Of a stretch of 64,000 bases of DNA, positions 39,201 through 54,200 are shown piece after piece (the first letter of the stretch is position 1; every line of letters begins with the position of its first letter). The notes beneath the pieces were generated by a model that was given only the letters and a program-made list of their open reading frames with translations, was not told the DNA's origin and did not search any database. This DNA comes from Ophelia neglecta (taxonomy: Eukaryota): the NCBI GenBank assembly GCA_965285935.1, contig OZ260661.1, positions 124,000,001-124,064,000 on the forward strand, written 5' to 3'. Position numbers and translations under genes: made by a program.

Positions 39201-42200
39201 TCTTCAGGTAGGCGATCAATAACTCAATACCTTGGGTAATGGACAAGCTACCACCTGTTAGTACTCTGTCTAAAACAGGTTTTATCCGGCATTAACGTAC
39301 AGTTTAACAAACAGGACCATGTGATATTTGGGTGGTATTTCTCCTACTGGAAGGGCGGGTACTTCTTAGGCACTTTCCTAAATGGTACACGCCACTTAAA
39401 TCTCGATGGACTTGAACTTTTTTAAGGAAATGGCTATTTCATTGGGGTGTAAACTGAAGTACCTGTGTAAAACCAATAATCCTTGTGCAAACTATTTTGT
39501 TTCCTATTTAAAGCCCAGCCAAGCATCTGAGCCTCAGTACCTCATTATAAAACTTCAAACAGAACCATAGAATCAAGAATGATAGTAACAACATGCTGTC
39601 ATGTCATATAACAGTATATACTGGATAAATGGGCATTTTTTTAATATGCTATGGAAATAGAACACAGGCGTGCCCTGCTTGGTATGCAGACCAAAAAATA
39701 CCTGTCAATCTGGCTTGTATTTCATCCCAGCCTCAGGTACACAGTGTATCTATAGGCAAAGTGTTGATAAGAAAAACTGGCTCAATAAAAAAAAAATTGA
39801 TTAGCAGATGATTAAATTTTAATCAGAAACTGTGAGTAATATACAGGCACTCTAACAATGGCATCAGAATGACTGAACTAGCCGTTTTTCCATACTTTAT
39901 TACTGGCAACTTTATATATAATATAGCAGCATAATGGAAAACTTAATCAGGCAAAAAAGGGAAACCAAAATGTCAAGCAAAATGTCAAGTTTTCAGAGCA
40001 GACAGCAAACTTCATTGCCGCCAAAATGTCCTCGAAAAAATAAAAACTAGAATTGCCATCATGATATGTGTGCCTATAGCTTCCCCCAGTCCAAACATTA
40101 CAGACTCTTATCATTCTCCAATCAGATTAGTCTTATTAATGCATCTGAACTTTTAAAAAAAGATCACTTAAGATGCAGATGCTTCAATAGTATGCAAGTA
40201 TGTACTTGTTTCATTCTTCTGCAACTTACAACAATTGTCAGTGTTCCCTGTGATGTAGGGCCCCTCTGATGAAGGGCCACCTGCGATGGCAGGACAGTTT
40301 TTGAACTGCCATGTCCTATCTGCCTCAAAGGGACCACTGTACTAGTGTCTAACCAAACACATAGTGTCCCATCATCCATCGCAGGCATTTAATAGTGGCA
40401 TATCCTTCGATTTTAAACCAGATTGAATATACAGTTATTCCTTGTAATCAAAGGAAAATTGGAAATAGAAATAAAAGACTTCTAAGGATTATGAATAAAC
40501 TGGTACAGTACATTAATTCAGTAAGGAATACAGTGGAACCCCTGATGAAAGACCATTCAAAAACGACCACAATAGCCATTTTTTGCATAACGGTTTGCTA
40601 TGTCTTTGGTGGTCCCTCATGAGGGGTTTCACTGTATCAAATAAGCAAGCGCCTACACAGGAAATAACTCTGACATAATATAAACAGAAGTGAAATGGCT
40701 CTGAGAGCAATGAAGAGCATTATTCCTGTTATTATAAAAAGCCCTTTCTTAAAAAGAGTTTAAGGATTGCCAGATTCCTGAAAACACTCTCCCAGGAATA
40801 GGCTATTTATATTTCCAGTTCCGGTCATGAAAAAGCAAAAGTGCGTTCCTCACAAAAACTAGTAGTGCCTGCCATGAGTGATTCATTTATGAATAAAGAT
40901 GCAAAAAAGCGCCTGCAATACGAATAAAAAATCCTATATCAAATTTTGTTGAGAAAATGCATTTCCCAAATACCATGTTCATTGGCACAATACACAGGGC
41001 AATGCTCAACACATAGAGTACATATATATATGTACTTTAAGCATGAAATTACACAGCATAAAAAATTCACAGAAATGGCTGCATGAAATTTTGAGGCCTG
41101 TAATTTTCCTGATTCTTGCAGCTGAAAAGTTGCCATTGGAAAATAATGGTGCATGAATGTTTCATGGCACTCTCTTTTCTTGCAAACCCTGGTCCTCACT
41201 TAAATATAGTGCATGTTTTTTACTGTATATCAGAAAGAGGTACGCCTGCCATGAACGCACAGAAATTTAAACAGGAAACTATTGTTGAACACAAAAAATT
41301 GGTCCCTGGGTAATACTAGAGTGATTTCCTCTAAAAAGGAGGGCTGTGTAGGATAATAGGAAAGGTAAGTTATGTGCTGAACCAAGGAACCTATCACTAA
41401 ATGGATGATTGTAAGTTTAGCTTTAGGTGATGTGAGTTACAGGTGTCTGTGAATCACTATTTAATACATACCAGTACTTGACTTCTTATTCTTTACAGCA
41501 ACTTTTAAGCATATTTCCATGAAACAAGCCAAAACTTGAATTGAAAACATATGTTTTCAACCAACTTATGTATGGCTTGTCGCTGTCAGCCGGCATGAAC
41601 ATCGTACTGCACCGTTATAGGCAAATTGTGACATGTGACCAGCCCTATTTAGCAGTATAGTGTTCCCTACAATGAAGGGACCCTCTGATGAAGGGACTCC
41701 CTCTGACCACAGGACATTTTTCAGTGCCCATGTCCTATCTTTCCTATGTTATTGACCCTCTGATGAAGGGACACCTACTATGTAGGGACACTTTTGCTTG
41801 GATGTAGAGGTGTCCCTACATCACAGGGACTACTGTACCGGTTTCCGTTTCTGAATTAAGAAGCAAATCTAACTCCCCTATTAACATACAAGGACCTTCC
41901 TTTTGAGAGCAGGAAATTATTCGCCAATAGACAAAGACCTCATCAGTTGGTGGTTGCTATGACAAATTCACTACAGCATGATAATTGGTTATTAGTTATT
42001 ACTGTCCATGGCTCAGATAGATTGATTTTACATGTATAGGTATGTCTTGCTGGAAGAACCGCTCAGCCATGGAACCTGGTTGCTTATTCAAGCATAGCAA
42101 TAGGGCACTGAATAATTTAGTCACTCATGCATACCAATAGGGCACCCCTTGGGGGTAGGGGGGGGGTGTGTGTGATTAAAGCACCATATTTGAGGCGGCT

Positions 42201-45200
42201 CAGAGGTAGAAAAGTGAATTGAGTGACCAATACCATGTATTAACCTCCATTTTTAACCACCAGTACCATACAGTCACTCAAGCGTGCAGGCCTTCCCAAG
42301 ATACAAGATAATGAGTAATTATAAGTGGACATTTATTGTTTTTCCTGCACTGCGAGGTCACCTGATCCCTGAACCACATATTACATATTACTAGATTCAC
42401 TCTCTGTTAAACTCTTAACTTCTCAGCACATAAACACTTCAGAACACCAACTGTCTGCAGTGGACAATAAGACACATATCATAATCTTTTGGCCACCAGA
42501 TTCATAAAATCCATGATCAGTCTCGGTTTTTCATACATGAATATCTGAATAGCCAAACTGAACATGAGCTATCCCTAATATAGACTCACTATTAGTGATT
42601 TCTTTGTTTATGCTCAATTTGCTAACAAAAAATAATACAAGGTTAACTCCATCAACCCAGGTCTCAATTTGCTTAAAACAAATAATGCAAGTTTAACTCG
42701 TTCACCCCAGACTTCCAGTGACTTAATGGCACTTCATCCTCAAAAGCCGGCTGTAGCGGTAAAAGAGTTCATAGCCAAAAATATCACTCATTCCAAAACT
42801 CAAATTTAGCCTTTGAAAGGTGAACTTTAATGACTGAAAAAACACAAAAATGGTAGCCATAAAATCCAATAAGTTTGCATAATAAATGTACTCAGTAGAG
42901 AGACGATAAAACAAACTAACTGAACCTCATTGAGCAGTACAGAAAAATCACTAGGACATTCCAAAGCCTCTACAGTTTTATTTACTTCATTTTTAATATT
43001 TAAAAAAACAAGGGCGTCGACGGCCTACTTGTACTTAATAATTCAAGGTGAATCCAAGGCCGGAAATACTGAATACCTCTCTGGCATCTGAATTGATTAT
43101 CTAATTCAAGTGGCAGCCTGATCTTTGTGTTCTCTGACACAAAACGTCAGTTGCATTTCATTTAAATAGAAAAAGTAAATAAATAACAAAAGATTTTCAT
43201 GTGTAACACCAACAACACAAACCTTAAAAATTGAAATCCTATATTAAAAGGAATTCTACAGTTAACTAAAGGGATCTTTTAATTCCGGTACATGTACATG
43301 TACTTATACTTAAATGTTTAAAACAGTCTGAGATCTTTAAGCACTATAGTGAAAGGCCAGAGTATAATGTCAACTCATTCGGAGCCTTTCACCTTAGCCT
43401 ATCAGCAGCACTTTGTAACACAGCTTTTCTTCAAATACCATTGCGTAATTTAAGTTGGTTTAAAAACATTTTGAATCGCTGTGGTATGAAATAAGACATA
43501 TACATGGGAGTTACAAGGAAACCTCAAGGTTCAAGTTGAGGTTTCAAATGCAATGAAACCTATATTTGTTTGCTCAAAAGTTAAATTTACACCGTTTTGA
43601 TAAATCATCATGGTGTCAGTATATTGTAGATTTATTATAGCACTAAACAATGTTTATTGGTGTCTGTGACAAATCCTAATTTTGTCATTCAACTATAATT
43701 CATAATTTTCTCAACATAATAACAGAAGAATTTCAGGTTTCAACCGAGTAGTTGGTATTTCTTCTTTTCTCCCCTCCTTCTGAAGAGTTAACAGATTACC
43801 ATAAAAACTCCTTGGTTTGATCTTATTACAGAAAATCAGCCTTTCTCTTCATCAGTTCTGTCTGTTCACTTGACTAGAAGTGCTGAGAGGTCTCTAAACA
43901 GACAGAACATCAGTCTACATGGGATTACTGTTAATCTGAGGCTGACATATCAACAAAAAGAGATTACAATCCAGTGGCCTTGACTCTGCCAAGGCAATTA
44001 TATTGGGATATGTTGAAAAAAAAGGTTAATCCCATTTGTGGCATGCTTGAAAACGATATGAATTCAGCATTAGAATTTTCAGGGGTTTAGTACAAAGGAT
44101 AGATATGATGTGGCTAATAAACATTTATGAGCAAAACTTGATAACCCGGATAAAACATTAGTTATTAAGTTGATAAAAAAAACCTGAATTCCATATTTGC
44201 CTTTTTCATGAGGGTTGGTACTACTTATAATGGTGGGACTTAGGTATTGACAGATTAGTCAAGTCACTTACGCGTACAGGTAAGCTGAGTGTCAAATAGG
44301 TATGAATACTTGACATACATGTACATGTACAGTATACAGGTGTTTTCCTATGGTGTATATACATATCTATACATATACACTTGTATATATATACAAACAT
44401 ACATATATATACATATACCTTAGGATTAAGTTCAGCCTTGTGGCTGCTTTAGATCCAGAATGACTATCTTAAGCCTTTTCCCGATTTCGTCGACAATGCT
44501 CACAATTAACAGAAGAAGTCTCCAATTAGTAGTAATCCTCTCTAGTTTGACAGGCTCATTAGACCTTTAACACACCCAGGTTAATACCAGTTTAATGCAT
44601 GCCAATCACATATTGCACAAGGTGTTTATTTTATGAAGGATCTAATCATGGTCTTTTTGTTTTACAGTTTTTCTGTAATGTCTTCCCATAGCACAGTATA
44701 CTTATGATTTTTTAACATTAATGGAAAATATTCATCTATTGATTTTAATGATCAAAGTACTTGATAATAATTATCCCTTTCATCAAAAAAGTCTGTCAGA
44801 GGGAAAAAATGGACTACTGCCACTACCAATTACAGAGATTACTTAAATCCTGCAGCACTAGTGACTAGTGCCAAGAACAATATCCACACAGCCATCATCC
44901 ACCGACTCAGACCAACTCAGACTGTGGTACACTGAGGAATGATGCTTGACTGGGCCTTAGGATTCTAAACACACTTTTCAAATTTGTTCTAATGCAAGGA
45001 AAACTCATTTAAAAGTTTTGTAAATACTCAATCTTTGATTTGTTTACCACCCAATGGCTGCATTATCCAAAGTCTTTTTATCCCTATGTTTTTCTGTTAA
45101 AAGCAGCACTCACAGCACCACCTAGCTGGAAAGTGCCAAGATACTTATCTTAAAAGGGTAAAAATTTCAATGTGTGGGCAGATGCCAATGGTCTGGGAGC

Positions 45201-48200
45201 ATTTTTTATCACAGACCAAATTAATGTCAAGCTAAGAGAAATCTTAACCTAGCAGACGGCTTGCACTCACTCCAACTCAGCAGTGTGGTCTTGATATGTC
45301 TGATGTACTTATTAGGGAATAGGCAGAGATAACCCTGAGCAAGCCAATTAGACTTAAGTTGACATTGCACTAATTACCTCTGGGTTTTAGCTGATAGTCT
45401 AATTGTCCATAAGGATGAGAACCCAAGGGCTTGTCGGCTTCTGATCCTTGTGAGTAGCATTAAACAATGTATAACTCAGTTTGACCATGGTAAGTGCCAG
45501 TGCCCTGCCACTCATACCCTGAGGAGTAACTGTTTCCTTGAAGTTTATTGACAAGGCCGAAACACAAAGTGTCAAGGACGATACCAAACCCAACAAGGCT
45601 GTCACTTATATAAGGCATCTTTGATGGCAAACTTACACAGCACCCTTTTAAGGGACAAAGAAAAACAACTAAACCAAATATATAGATGTCTACAAGTCAT
45701 AACATATCATTGTTAATCATCTAATGTATGTTTACAAGTCATGACGTGTCATTGTTAATCAGACATGAGTCAATTAGCCCCAAAACTGGCTGACACTGCC
45801 TGCTGTGGTGTTCGTTCTCCACTCAACTCGCCGTCACAGGAACGACAGGGGCACACAAAAAATCAACAAGGACATTTAGCTATATGTGACTAGGTGTATA
45901 AATTAGTTGTGCGGATATGAACAAATAATATCCAGACATAAAGGCAGTTCTTACCTCCCCTGACAGCTTTTATATGTGTGCATGTTGGTATATAGACGTT
46001 TATATGTACATGTACCAGTAAATGTACCTGAACATGCACATTGGAATCTTTTGCCATTATAAAAACAAAATCTATAAATGAGAAATTTGCTCCAATACCA
46101 ATTTTATTTCATCCCTAAGGTTTTCTTTAGCAAAACAAGTGAAACCTGGAGGGCTGATGAGCCCAAATACCAGGATTTATAGCCACATTACTGATCCAAT
46201 TAATATAATAGAAGCAATTTGCACCTGTCACCAACACCCAGTAAATTCTTACCATCTGCAAGCCTTTAGCCCCACAGCTGCAGGCAACAAACAATTGTAG
46301 TTACACTTTGACCATGAGGAGCATATTCCATTTGTTGCTACACAAGTTTTTATTACAAATCAATATTATTAAAAAGACTTAGCGCATGAAAAACAGTCAT
46401 CTTGATTCCGGCCATACTGCATGTGTAGAGGACATAGGCCAGGAAACAGGATAAAGCCATCAGACAGATGCACGGCATTAATCTCCAGGCTAAACAGACA
46501 TTGAGCATTCTGGGCCGCAAACTGCCAGCACCTCTGTGAATACAAATTAAGACAATCACCTGCTACAAAACACCATGTTCAGCTGCTGCTTCCAGGTTCC
46601 TTAATCTTCCCAGTGACCCTTGGGAGTCAACTCCTAACTAAACTGTCACAGCACAGTCAAAGCCTATACTCAAACAAACTACTAACAAGTACATGTAGTA
46701 TGTATAAAGTTCAAAAAATAGAATTTATCACATCTGTTCGATTAACTAATAATTCATTGAAGTTAACATTAAATGATGAAGCTTACAACTCATAGCAGCT
46801 GAGGCCACACCTGCCCCTCAGGTAGGCACAAGTCCAGCCTGACAACAGGCAGACTTGGTTATAAGGCTGATTCATCCTATAAAGATGGGTGGTCCATCAA
46901 TATTTTCATATTAAGACAGCTGGTTAGCCAATTCCCCCCAGGAAACTAGCATTAGGTATGGTTGACCATCTTTAATGTGGGCACCCGAAGGGCATCCATT
47001 ATATCCATTTGTTGTGACTAACCAAGCAGCAATTTTGATGCAAGTACATGTACCATACCTTATTAGAAGAGAGGACCCACCCAGGGCATGCTGCTGGTGT
47101 GCCTGTATGCCTACTTCATCAACTAAACTGAGGGTGATCACAGTTCTGAATACTGCAGGCCATAATAAAAGATTAAAAACCTGTAATCAGTTTCTTAAAC
47201 GAAAATGACTGCACACATTGTACTTTGGTGAAAAAGTTCCTATACTGTTATCAAGTGGCATATTGCATGCCTACTATTGTCTCAAGTTGGTATATTGCAT
47301 GGGCTGGGTGGACATCAAGGCCAAAGAAAGAGGTCAGTAAGCAGTATGACTAGGGGGGAGGATAAGCCAAACACTGCTGGAGGCCTACGGTGGTTGTTGT
47401 TTGGGGTTTTTACATGGCTATCAACACTTATTGGTCATATCGCCACAGAGCCTACTTGTGACAGTGGGCTCAATGCCCTCTTTAGAGTGCTGCTACACTG
47501 GAGTACCCGCCATAGACACCAGACAGAGAACCCCACCTAGTCACATTATACTGACACCGGGTTGACCAGTCCTGATACTACCCCCGAAATACCTGGCGCT
47601 TGGCAGGAAAGCTATCAGTACCTATTTTTACGTCTTAGGTTTGACGCGATCGAGGTTCGAACCCCGATGATCTCCCACATGCTAGGCGGACGCCCTAACC
47701 ACTCGGCCACGCTTTGATGGTGGAGGCCTAAGGCAAAAATGTACAAGGTGCAGAGCTTCTATAGTTCTACGGTGGGCATTGGCACAGAAAATTAACATGC
47801 ACTTAACTAATCAACCAATTGTGGGCTCAGGAAAAAAGGTAATGAATACCCTCACACAAATCTGTCGTCTATTGCCTTTTAATTATTGAAATGAAAAATT
47901 CCACTCTTTAGGGGTGTTTTTTCCCTTGGAATAGACATTTAAATTGGTTAATACACTTGGCAAGGCTTTTAAGATGAACTGTACCAGAGCATACATTAAT
48001 TAGTAATGTTTACCATGCTTAATTTGTAGGTGGTCTTTTCCCAGGAGCCACTGCCTTAAACAACCCCTTCCCCAAGATGTCTGCCATTGCAGTAATATAA
48101 TAAGAGCTCTGGCAAGCACAATCCTTCTGGCAAATAAAAAATATTGTATCCTGGAATGTCAATTTTGCAGGAGGAGTCATAGGCACTAAATGAAAGCAGC

Positions 48201-51200
48201 TCTTTGTTTCAGTAATTTAATTATGATCTCCTTGGGTTACCAGTCAAAAACGAAATAAAAATGACATCAGCAGTCTATAGTTTTGGATTTTTTCTGCACA
48301 GCACATGAAGCCATCCATAACAGCAGCATCATGACCGCTAAAGCCCACTCCGTCAGCCGGATAATCCATCAAGGGACTCTAATAATGTTAGGAAGGTCCA
48401 TCTTGGGGCAAATATTGCTTTTGCAATGCGACTTTGTCAATCAAGGCAACCACATCTCACTCATAAAGGAGCGATCACCTTCATGGGTATGCCGACCCCT
48501 CACATTTTTGGTGACAGAAATGCAATAGCCGGCCCTTTTTACAGAGTCAAGAATCAATATTTGTCATTCCAGGAGGTGCACTTGATCAATTTAAATCACA
48601 CATGACACATTAATGATTGAGAATGGCTATAAGAATTTGTAGTAGAACATGAGCACATATGACACAGATGGAATGTTTCAAAGCCATATAGAACACAGGA
48701 CAAGGTAAAAAAAAAACACAGTGTAATATGGAAAGGATAACAAACTGCCCCTAAATACCAGGTTCACAATATGGGACCCTTAAAGAAATTTATGGCATGG
48801 TGTACAGCATATTTAAACCAAAATGAAAAATGACTGTTCACAAGCACATGTACCTTAGATATATTGAAATATAAGGTACATTCAAATATATATACTCCAC
48901 AAAATTTACAGTAATACATATGCCTAGTACTGCCCTAAAGGCATTACAGGGTAAAGATGAAATTCTACCCCAGGGTGTAACATAGAAATGATAATATATT
49001 ATCCCAAAGTGTAACAGGGAAATGCTTGCATCCTATGATAACATACCTCCCCAGAGTATGACATGGAAATGATAACACATGTACTTGCCTAGAGTGTAAC
49101 ACTGAAATGATAACATACTGTCCAAAGGGTGTAACACTGAAATGATAACATACTGTCCCAGGGTGTAACACTGAAATTATTATATACTGTCCCAGTGTAT
49201 AACATGGAAATGGGATCATTTGCCCTGAGTGTAATCCATTACATGAAGATGCATTATACTGTACATGCAAAGGAACACACACATTGGCCATTTCTAGGTA
49301 GTGCGCTGGCTTATAATTATGACAGATTGCTTGATTTGAAGTGCAGCTATCAGGATTGTTGAGCAACTACTCAACCAGTTCCTGCTCAGAATAATACATG
49401 TCATACCAGTCTCATATTTTACCATTACTCTGGTGTATTTCTTAAGTGGAAGGATGGATTTCCTAGGCTGACTTAGTGCAGGTGGTTGGTGCATGGAAGT
49501 GCTATATATAACTAGGGTAGTTGCAGGAATTTAAATTTGCATCAAATTACATTTGCAGCATTTTAGAAAAGAATTTATTTTTCAATTCTTGACAAGATAA
49601 TGTTAAGTTCTGAACAATTCATTTTGTGAGGATCTATTTTTGGTCACAAAATAGTTTGCCCTACAAATAAATCTACTCCAACATTGCCCTGTCTTCTACT
49701 GGTCAAACATCTGAGGCATACCCATCATCAGTCAATTGTCTACATTAAAATATGTGTACAAGGTTATAAAAGATCTTTCAGAGAGTTAGAATTGTTCTTA
49801 CCTTAAGTTTGTGAATTTTGCCAAATTGAGGGGATGAGAGGGGCTTTTTTTTTACTGTTAAGCAATTATAAAATGTATCATGGATTTGTATATGCAGCCA
49901 CCCCTGTTGCTAAACTGATATTTTCTATTCCACAAAGCAAATGAAACTAGTAAAATTGGAACATTTCATGATGCATTTCACAGGTGGAAAGTTGGCTATT
50001 TAAGCTTGCTATCAGAACGTGAAAAAAGTGAATTGTGAATTCAGTTCAGCGTGTTCTGCGCTGTGTCATAACTAAAAACATGCATTCTGACCCAAGCCTC
50101 AGCAGAAATCAATACAGCAGCAAACATCAATGAAATTTATGGATTGTCCCTGAAATTCATGCTTCATGGCAATTCTGCATGGCCTCACATGGGCCTTACA
50201 AGCAGGAGGCCAAAAAATCCATGACAATCTCTGCAAAAACTTGGGAGATTCTGGTCCATAGTTAACATAGCTGCTCCACTTAAAGCACAGGGATTTAACA
50301 AGGCCTCATCACTGCACAAACTATATGGGTGGTACATATTGATCACCGCAAACTTCTCGGGTGGCATTCTCCCTTTCAGAGGCCTTCATTTAGCTACTTA
50401 ACATGCAGACAGTCCCATGTTTACTAGACAGACATATGGCAGACGATAATCGCACAAAACAATGGCTCTCATCACATCAAATCCCTACTCACAGCCTTAC
50501 CAGACAAGAGCTTCAAAAACAAAGAACCTGTTTGGAGTTGCCAACACTCCCACTTATGCCATGAGTTCCCAGCCCTTGTTTTCTAAAAGCAACAAGTACA
50601 CATTTCTGCTGACTCCCTCATTAAGAATTCTCAGAGTTACACTATCTGGCGCAGCAATATGAAATGCTGGGAACCCAGATGGAAAATGGTCATCATGATA
50701 CAGCTGTCTGGTTAGTACTCTCCATCAGGCAAGACATACATGGCCTTTATACAGCAAAAAGAATGGGATGGATCTTAGTATCCAATTGACCTAGTTATTT
50801 TAAGTGCAGATCCATGTACATGTATGTACACTAACTGTACCTTCTTAAAGCTAGGCATAAATAACCCACAGTATCTGTCCAAATATCAAACTGCTTCTCC
50901 ATCAGATGACAGTGCAAATAAAAAGTTCCTAGACAGGAGACAATGGCTGTTGTACCAGTTGCCATGTTTAATACAGCTCAAGCAGGACATTGGGACTTGG
51001 TGACAGAAACAGGAATATGTATTAGAAATAATAAATTGGATGTTGGGACAGAAATTCTGATAGAACTTGGACTATGTAATAGAAATGGGACTGAAATAGA
51101 AATTGAGTCTATGTGATAGAAATGGACAATGGGCTAGGCATGGACTCTGTGACAGAAATGGTGCTCATGCAGTAACAACTTATTCCCAGCAGAAATGTGC

Positions 51201-54200
51201 ATCTGTATACAGTATGTAGGATTCAGCTAGCTAGACAATGGCCATGGGATAGAAGGAGGGCCATGGGATAGAATAATGGCCGTGGGATAGAATGATGGCC
51301 ATGGGATAGAATGATGGCCATGGGGCAGAATGATGGCCATGTGTTACAATGATGGCCATGGGATAGAATGATGGTAATGGGGTAGTGTAGAATGATGACA
51401 ATGGGGCAGCAGGATGGCCATGGGATAGAATGATGGCCATGGGATAGAACGATGGCCATGGGATAGAATGATGGCCATGGGATAGAATGATGGCCATGGG
51501 GCAGAATGATGGCCATGGGGCAGAATGATGGCCATGGGATTGAATGATGGCAATGGGGTGTACTGATGGCCATATGATACAATGATGGCCATGGGATAGA
51601 ATGATGGCCATGGGATAGAATGATGGCCATGGGATAGAACGATGGCCATGGGGCAGAATGATGGCAATGGGGTGTACTGATGGCCATGTGATACAATGAT
51701 GGCCATGTGTTACAATGATGGTAATGGGGTAGAATGATTGCATTGGGATAGAATGATGGCCATGGGATAGAAGGATGGCCATGGGATAGAATGATGGCCA
51801 TGGGATAGAATGATGGTCATGGGATAGAATGATGGCCATGGGGCAGAATGATGGCCATGGGGCAGAATGATGGCCATGGGATAGAATGATGGTACAATGA
51901 TGGCCACCATTCCATGGGGTAGAACGATGGCCACCATTCCATGGGGTAGAGTGATGGCCTCATTAGCTTCCTGGTCTCATGGCCTTATGCTTTCATGGCC
52001 TCAGGCCTTCATAGCGTCATGAATAGCTTCCAGCCTCAGTGTATTGATGCCCCTTATCCCACAAATCCTATCAAGGTGTCTACAAACAGTGATCTGAGCT
52101 CTCCAAGTTCCTGAGGGGACAGGAATATGATAGTTTATGATGACTTGGCCATGAACACTTGGGGAAAACAACCCCACAGTGGCTGATCCCCCAAACACCA
52201 TGTCTGGAAGTAATGCTATGGTGATCTATGGTTGGTAAGAATAGAGAAAGTGAACTGAGGATCATCTGGTTATCTTCCCGGGGAGAATGATGGCTCAGTA
52301 GAAGGGACAACCAAGTGAGCCATAACAGAGCAGTGATTTATTAGCCTGGCAAACAAGGGATTGAGTATGGTGGCTGAGTGGCACGCCTGCCAGCTCTGAC
52401 AACACAGCACTCTGATTGGGGTATTTATATTGCAGAAGGGCAGACACAGACATGATGTTTGAACTGTCCTCCACCCACAAGGTGCTAATATGCATACAAT
52501 TACTTGACAAGTCCCCTAAATATCCCAGGTCATCAATACATGTACTGACAAGAATATAACTCTGCCAGAGTTCTCAGCCATTTCTCTGTCTTCAGTCCAC
52601 TAAATAATTCATAACCTCAAACTTCGTGAAAAAAGACAAATTTAAACTTTAAGCCTTTACAATGCCTATCGAAAGATACCTGTCAGCAAGTGAAAAGATA
52701 GCCACAAATTGTAACCTGGTGAAAAGAGTGTGTTTTGTAAGGTTCAACTGCTGTAGAAGCCTCTTGCAGGTGTCTTGCCAACTAACGTTAAATCTGGCCA
52801 AAGTCCTGCACTCGGGACAAATTATAAGTAAGGCAATCTGATTCCCAAGCATTGGATGGTTTTTATGTAATTACCATGAATAATTAAACAAATGGTAAGC
52901 CAGCTAGGCCATGCTCTTAGCCACAGTAACCTATAAAAAGCTTTCAGGGGACCATTTTAGCAGTATATTTTTGTTGTACCCGTACTTGTACAGAAGAAGG
53001 CTAGCTTACTGCTTCCTTTGTTCTACCGGTACTCAGCATTATTTCTTATGATGATGAAGTACGTAGTAAAAATAACAGAACTCAAAACACATCTTTTAGG
53101 GACCTGGGTAAATATTTGTTTCTTACGTCTCTGCTGAGTCTGTCATGAAAAAACCGATTTAAGAGTCATTGTATGCAGTTTGTCTCAGGAAGAAAGTCTT
53201 ATTGCCTGATGATGATGTTTACTGTAATTAATAAGAACATCCGAAAAGTGATTTGGGGAGCTATTAAGCCATAAACTTTGGTAAATAGTTAAAATGTCTT
53301 GTAATGAGAATGATGACCTTCCAGACATGTGAAATAAACATACTTCTTTATACTGTTTGTTGAAAAAGCACTTAATATATCACAGTCAAGCATTGGATTT
53401 TTGAGAAATGTGTATTTACTTTGCAAATTGGAAAAGAAACATTTTGTCCAAATAACAGAATTGCTAGGCGTTAGGCCAAATGAATCCCTTTTGTACATCA
53501 AGCATCAGCAACTCATCCAGAGACTGACAGGCCAAGCAGACATGATGATGGGGACAGTGCTATGCGGCAACCTGGAAAAACAATCTACGAGTGCTAAATT
53601 GACGACAAAAAGGCTTGGCATGGAAAAACAAATAAAGCCAGCTGCTTGTTGTCAAGTATAAATGGCACTGTAAAGCAGCCTAAAGCCAGCCAAGAAACTC
53701 TTAAAAACAAAAATCTATTTGAGAAGCTGCTTTGACTTAACAAGTGCCAATAATCAGTTAGAAAGTAAGGCAGCGAGCCAAGTACCCTGCTCACAGTGCC
53801 AATAACTTAGTGAGGAACGTAACTATTACCACAGTGAGCAGGGTACGAGCCAAGAAGGAAACCAATAAACACTCTCAGGTATATATTATGGATGTATGTT
53901 GTCAAGGATTTTATCAGTGCGGTTACATATATGTAAATTAACTTAAGCTGGCAGCAGACTGTCATGGCTACATATTGGATTTGGTACCTGGGGTTTGCTG
54001 AAACTTGTTTATTGAAATCGGGGAAATGCATGCCATCCAGCACATATAATTTCACCAATATCAATTTCTTACACAATTTTGTCTTAGCTCCATGCACTGA
54101 TTGTACTCACCGTATCCTCATATCTTACTTGCTGGGCTCTGTACAGAGTTGTATTATATCTCCACCTGATGCTGGCCTTCTACACTCATCCCTAACAGCA

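Noticed and set aside
41915-46180. CTGATGA motifs (41942 on the minus strand, 46154 on the plus strand) as hammerhead ribozyme cores
   Set aside because: No correctly placed GAAA and stem arrangement could be built.
47640-47715. tRNA gene
   Set aside because: The A and B boxes belong to a SINE head followed by core, tail and TSD; no complete cloverleaf.
51223-51937. His-rich ORFs in three frames
   Set aside because: Minisatellite lacking stop codons on that strand; not evidence of coding.
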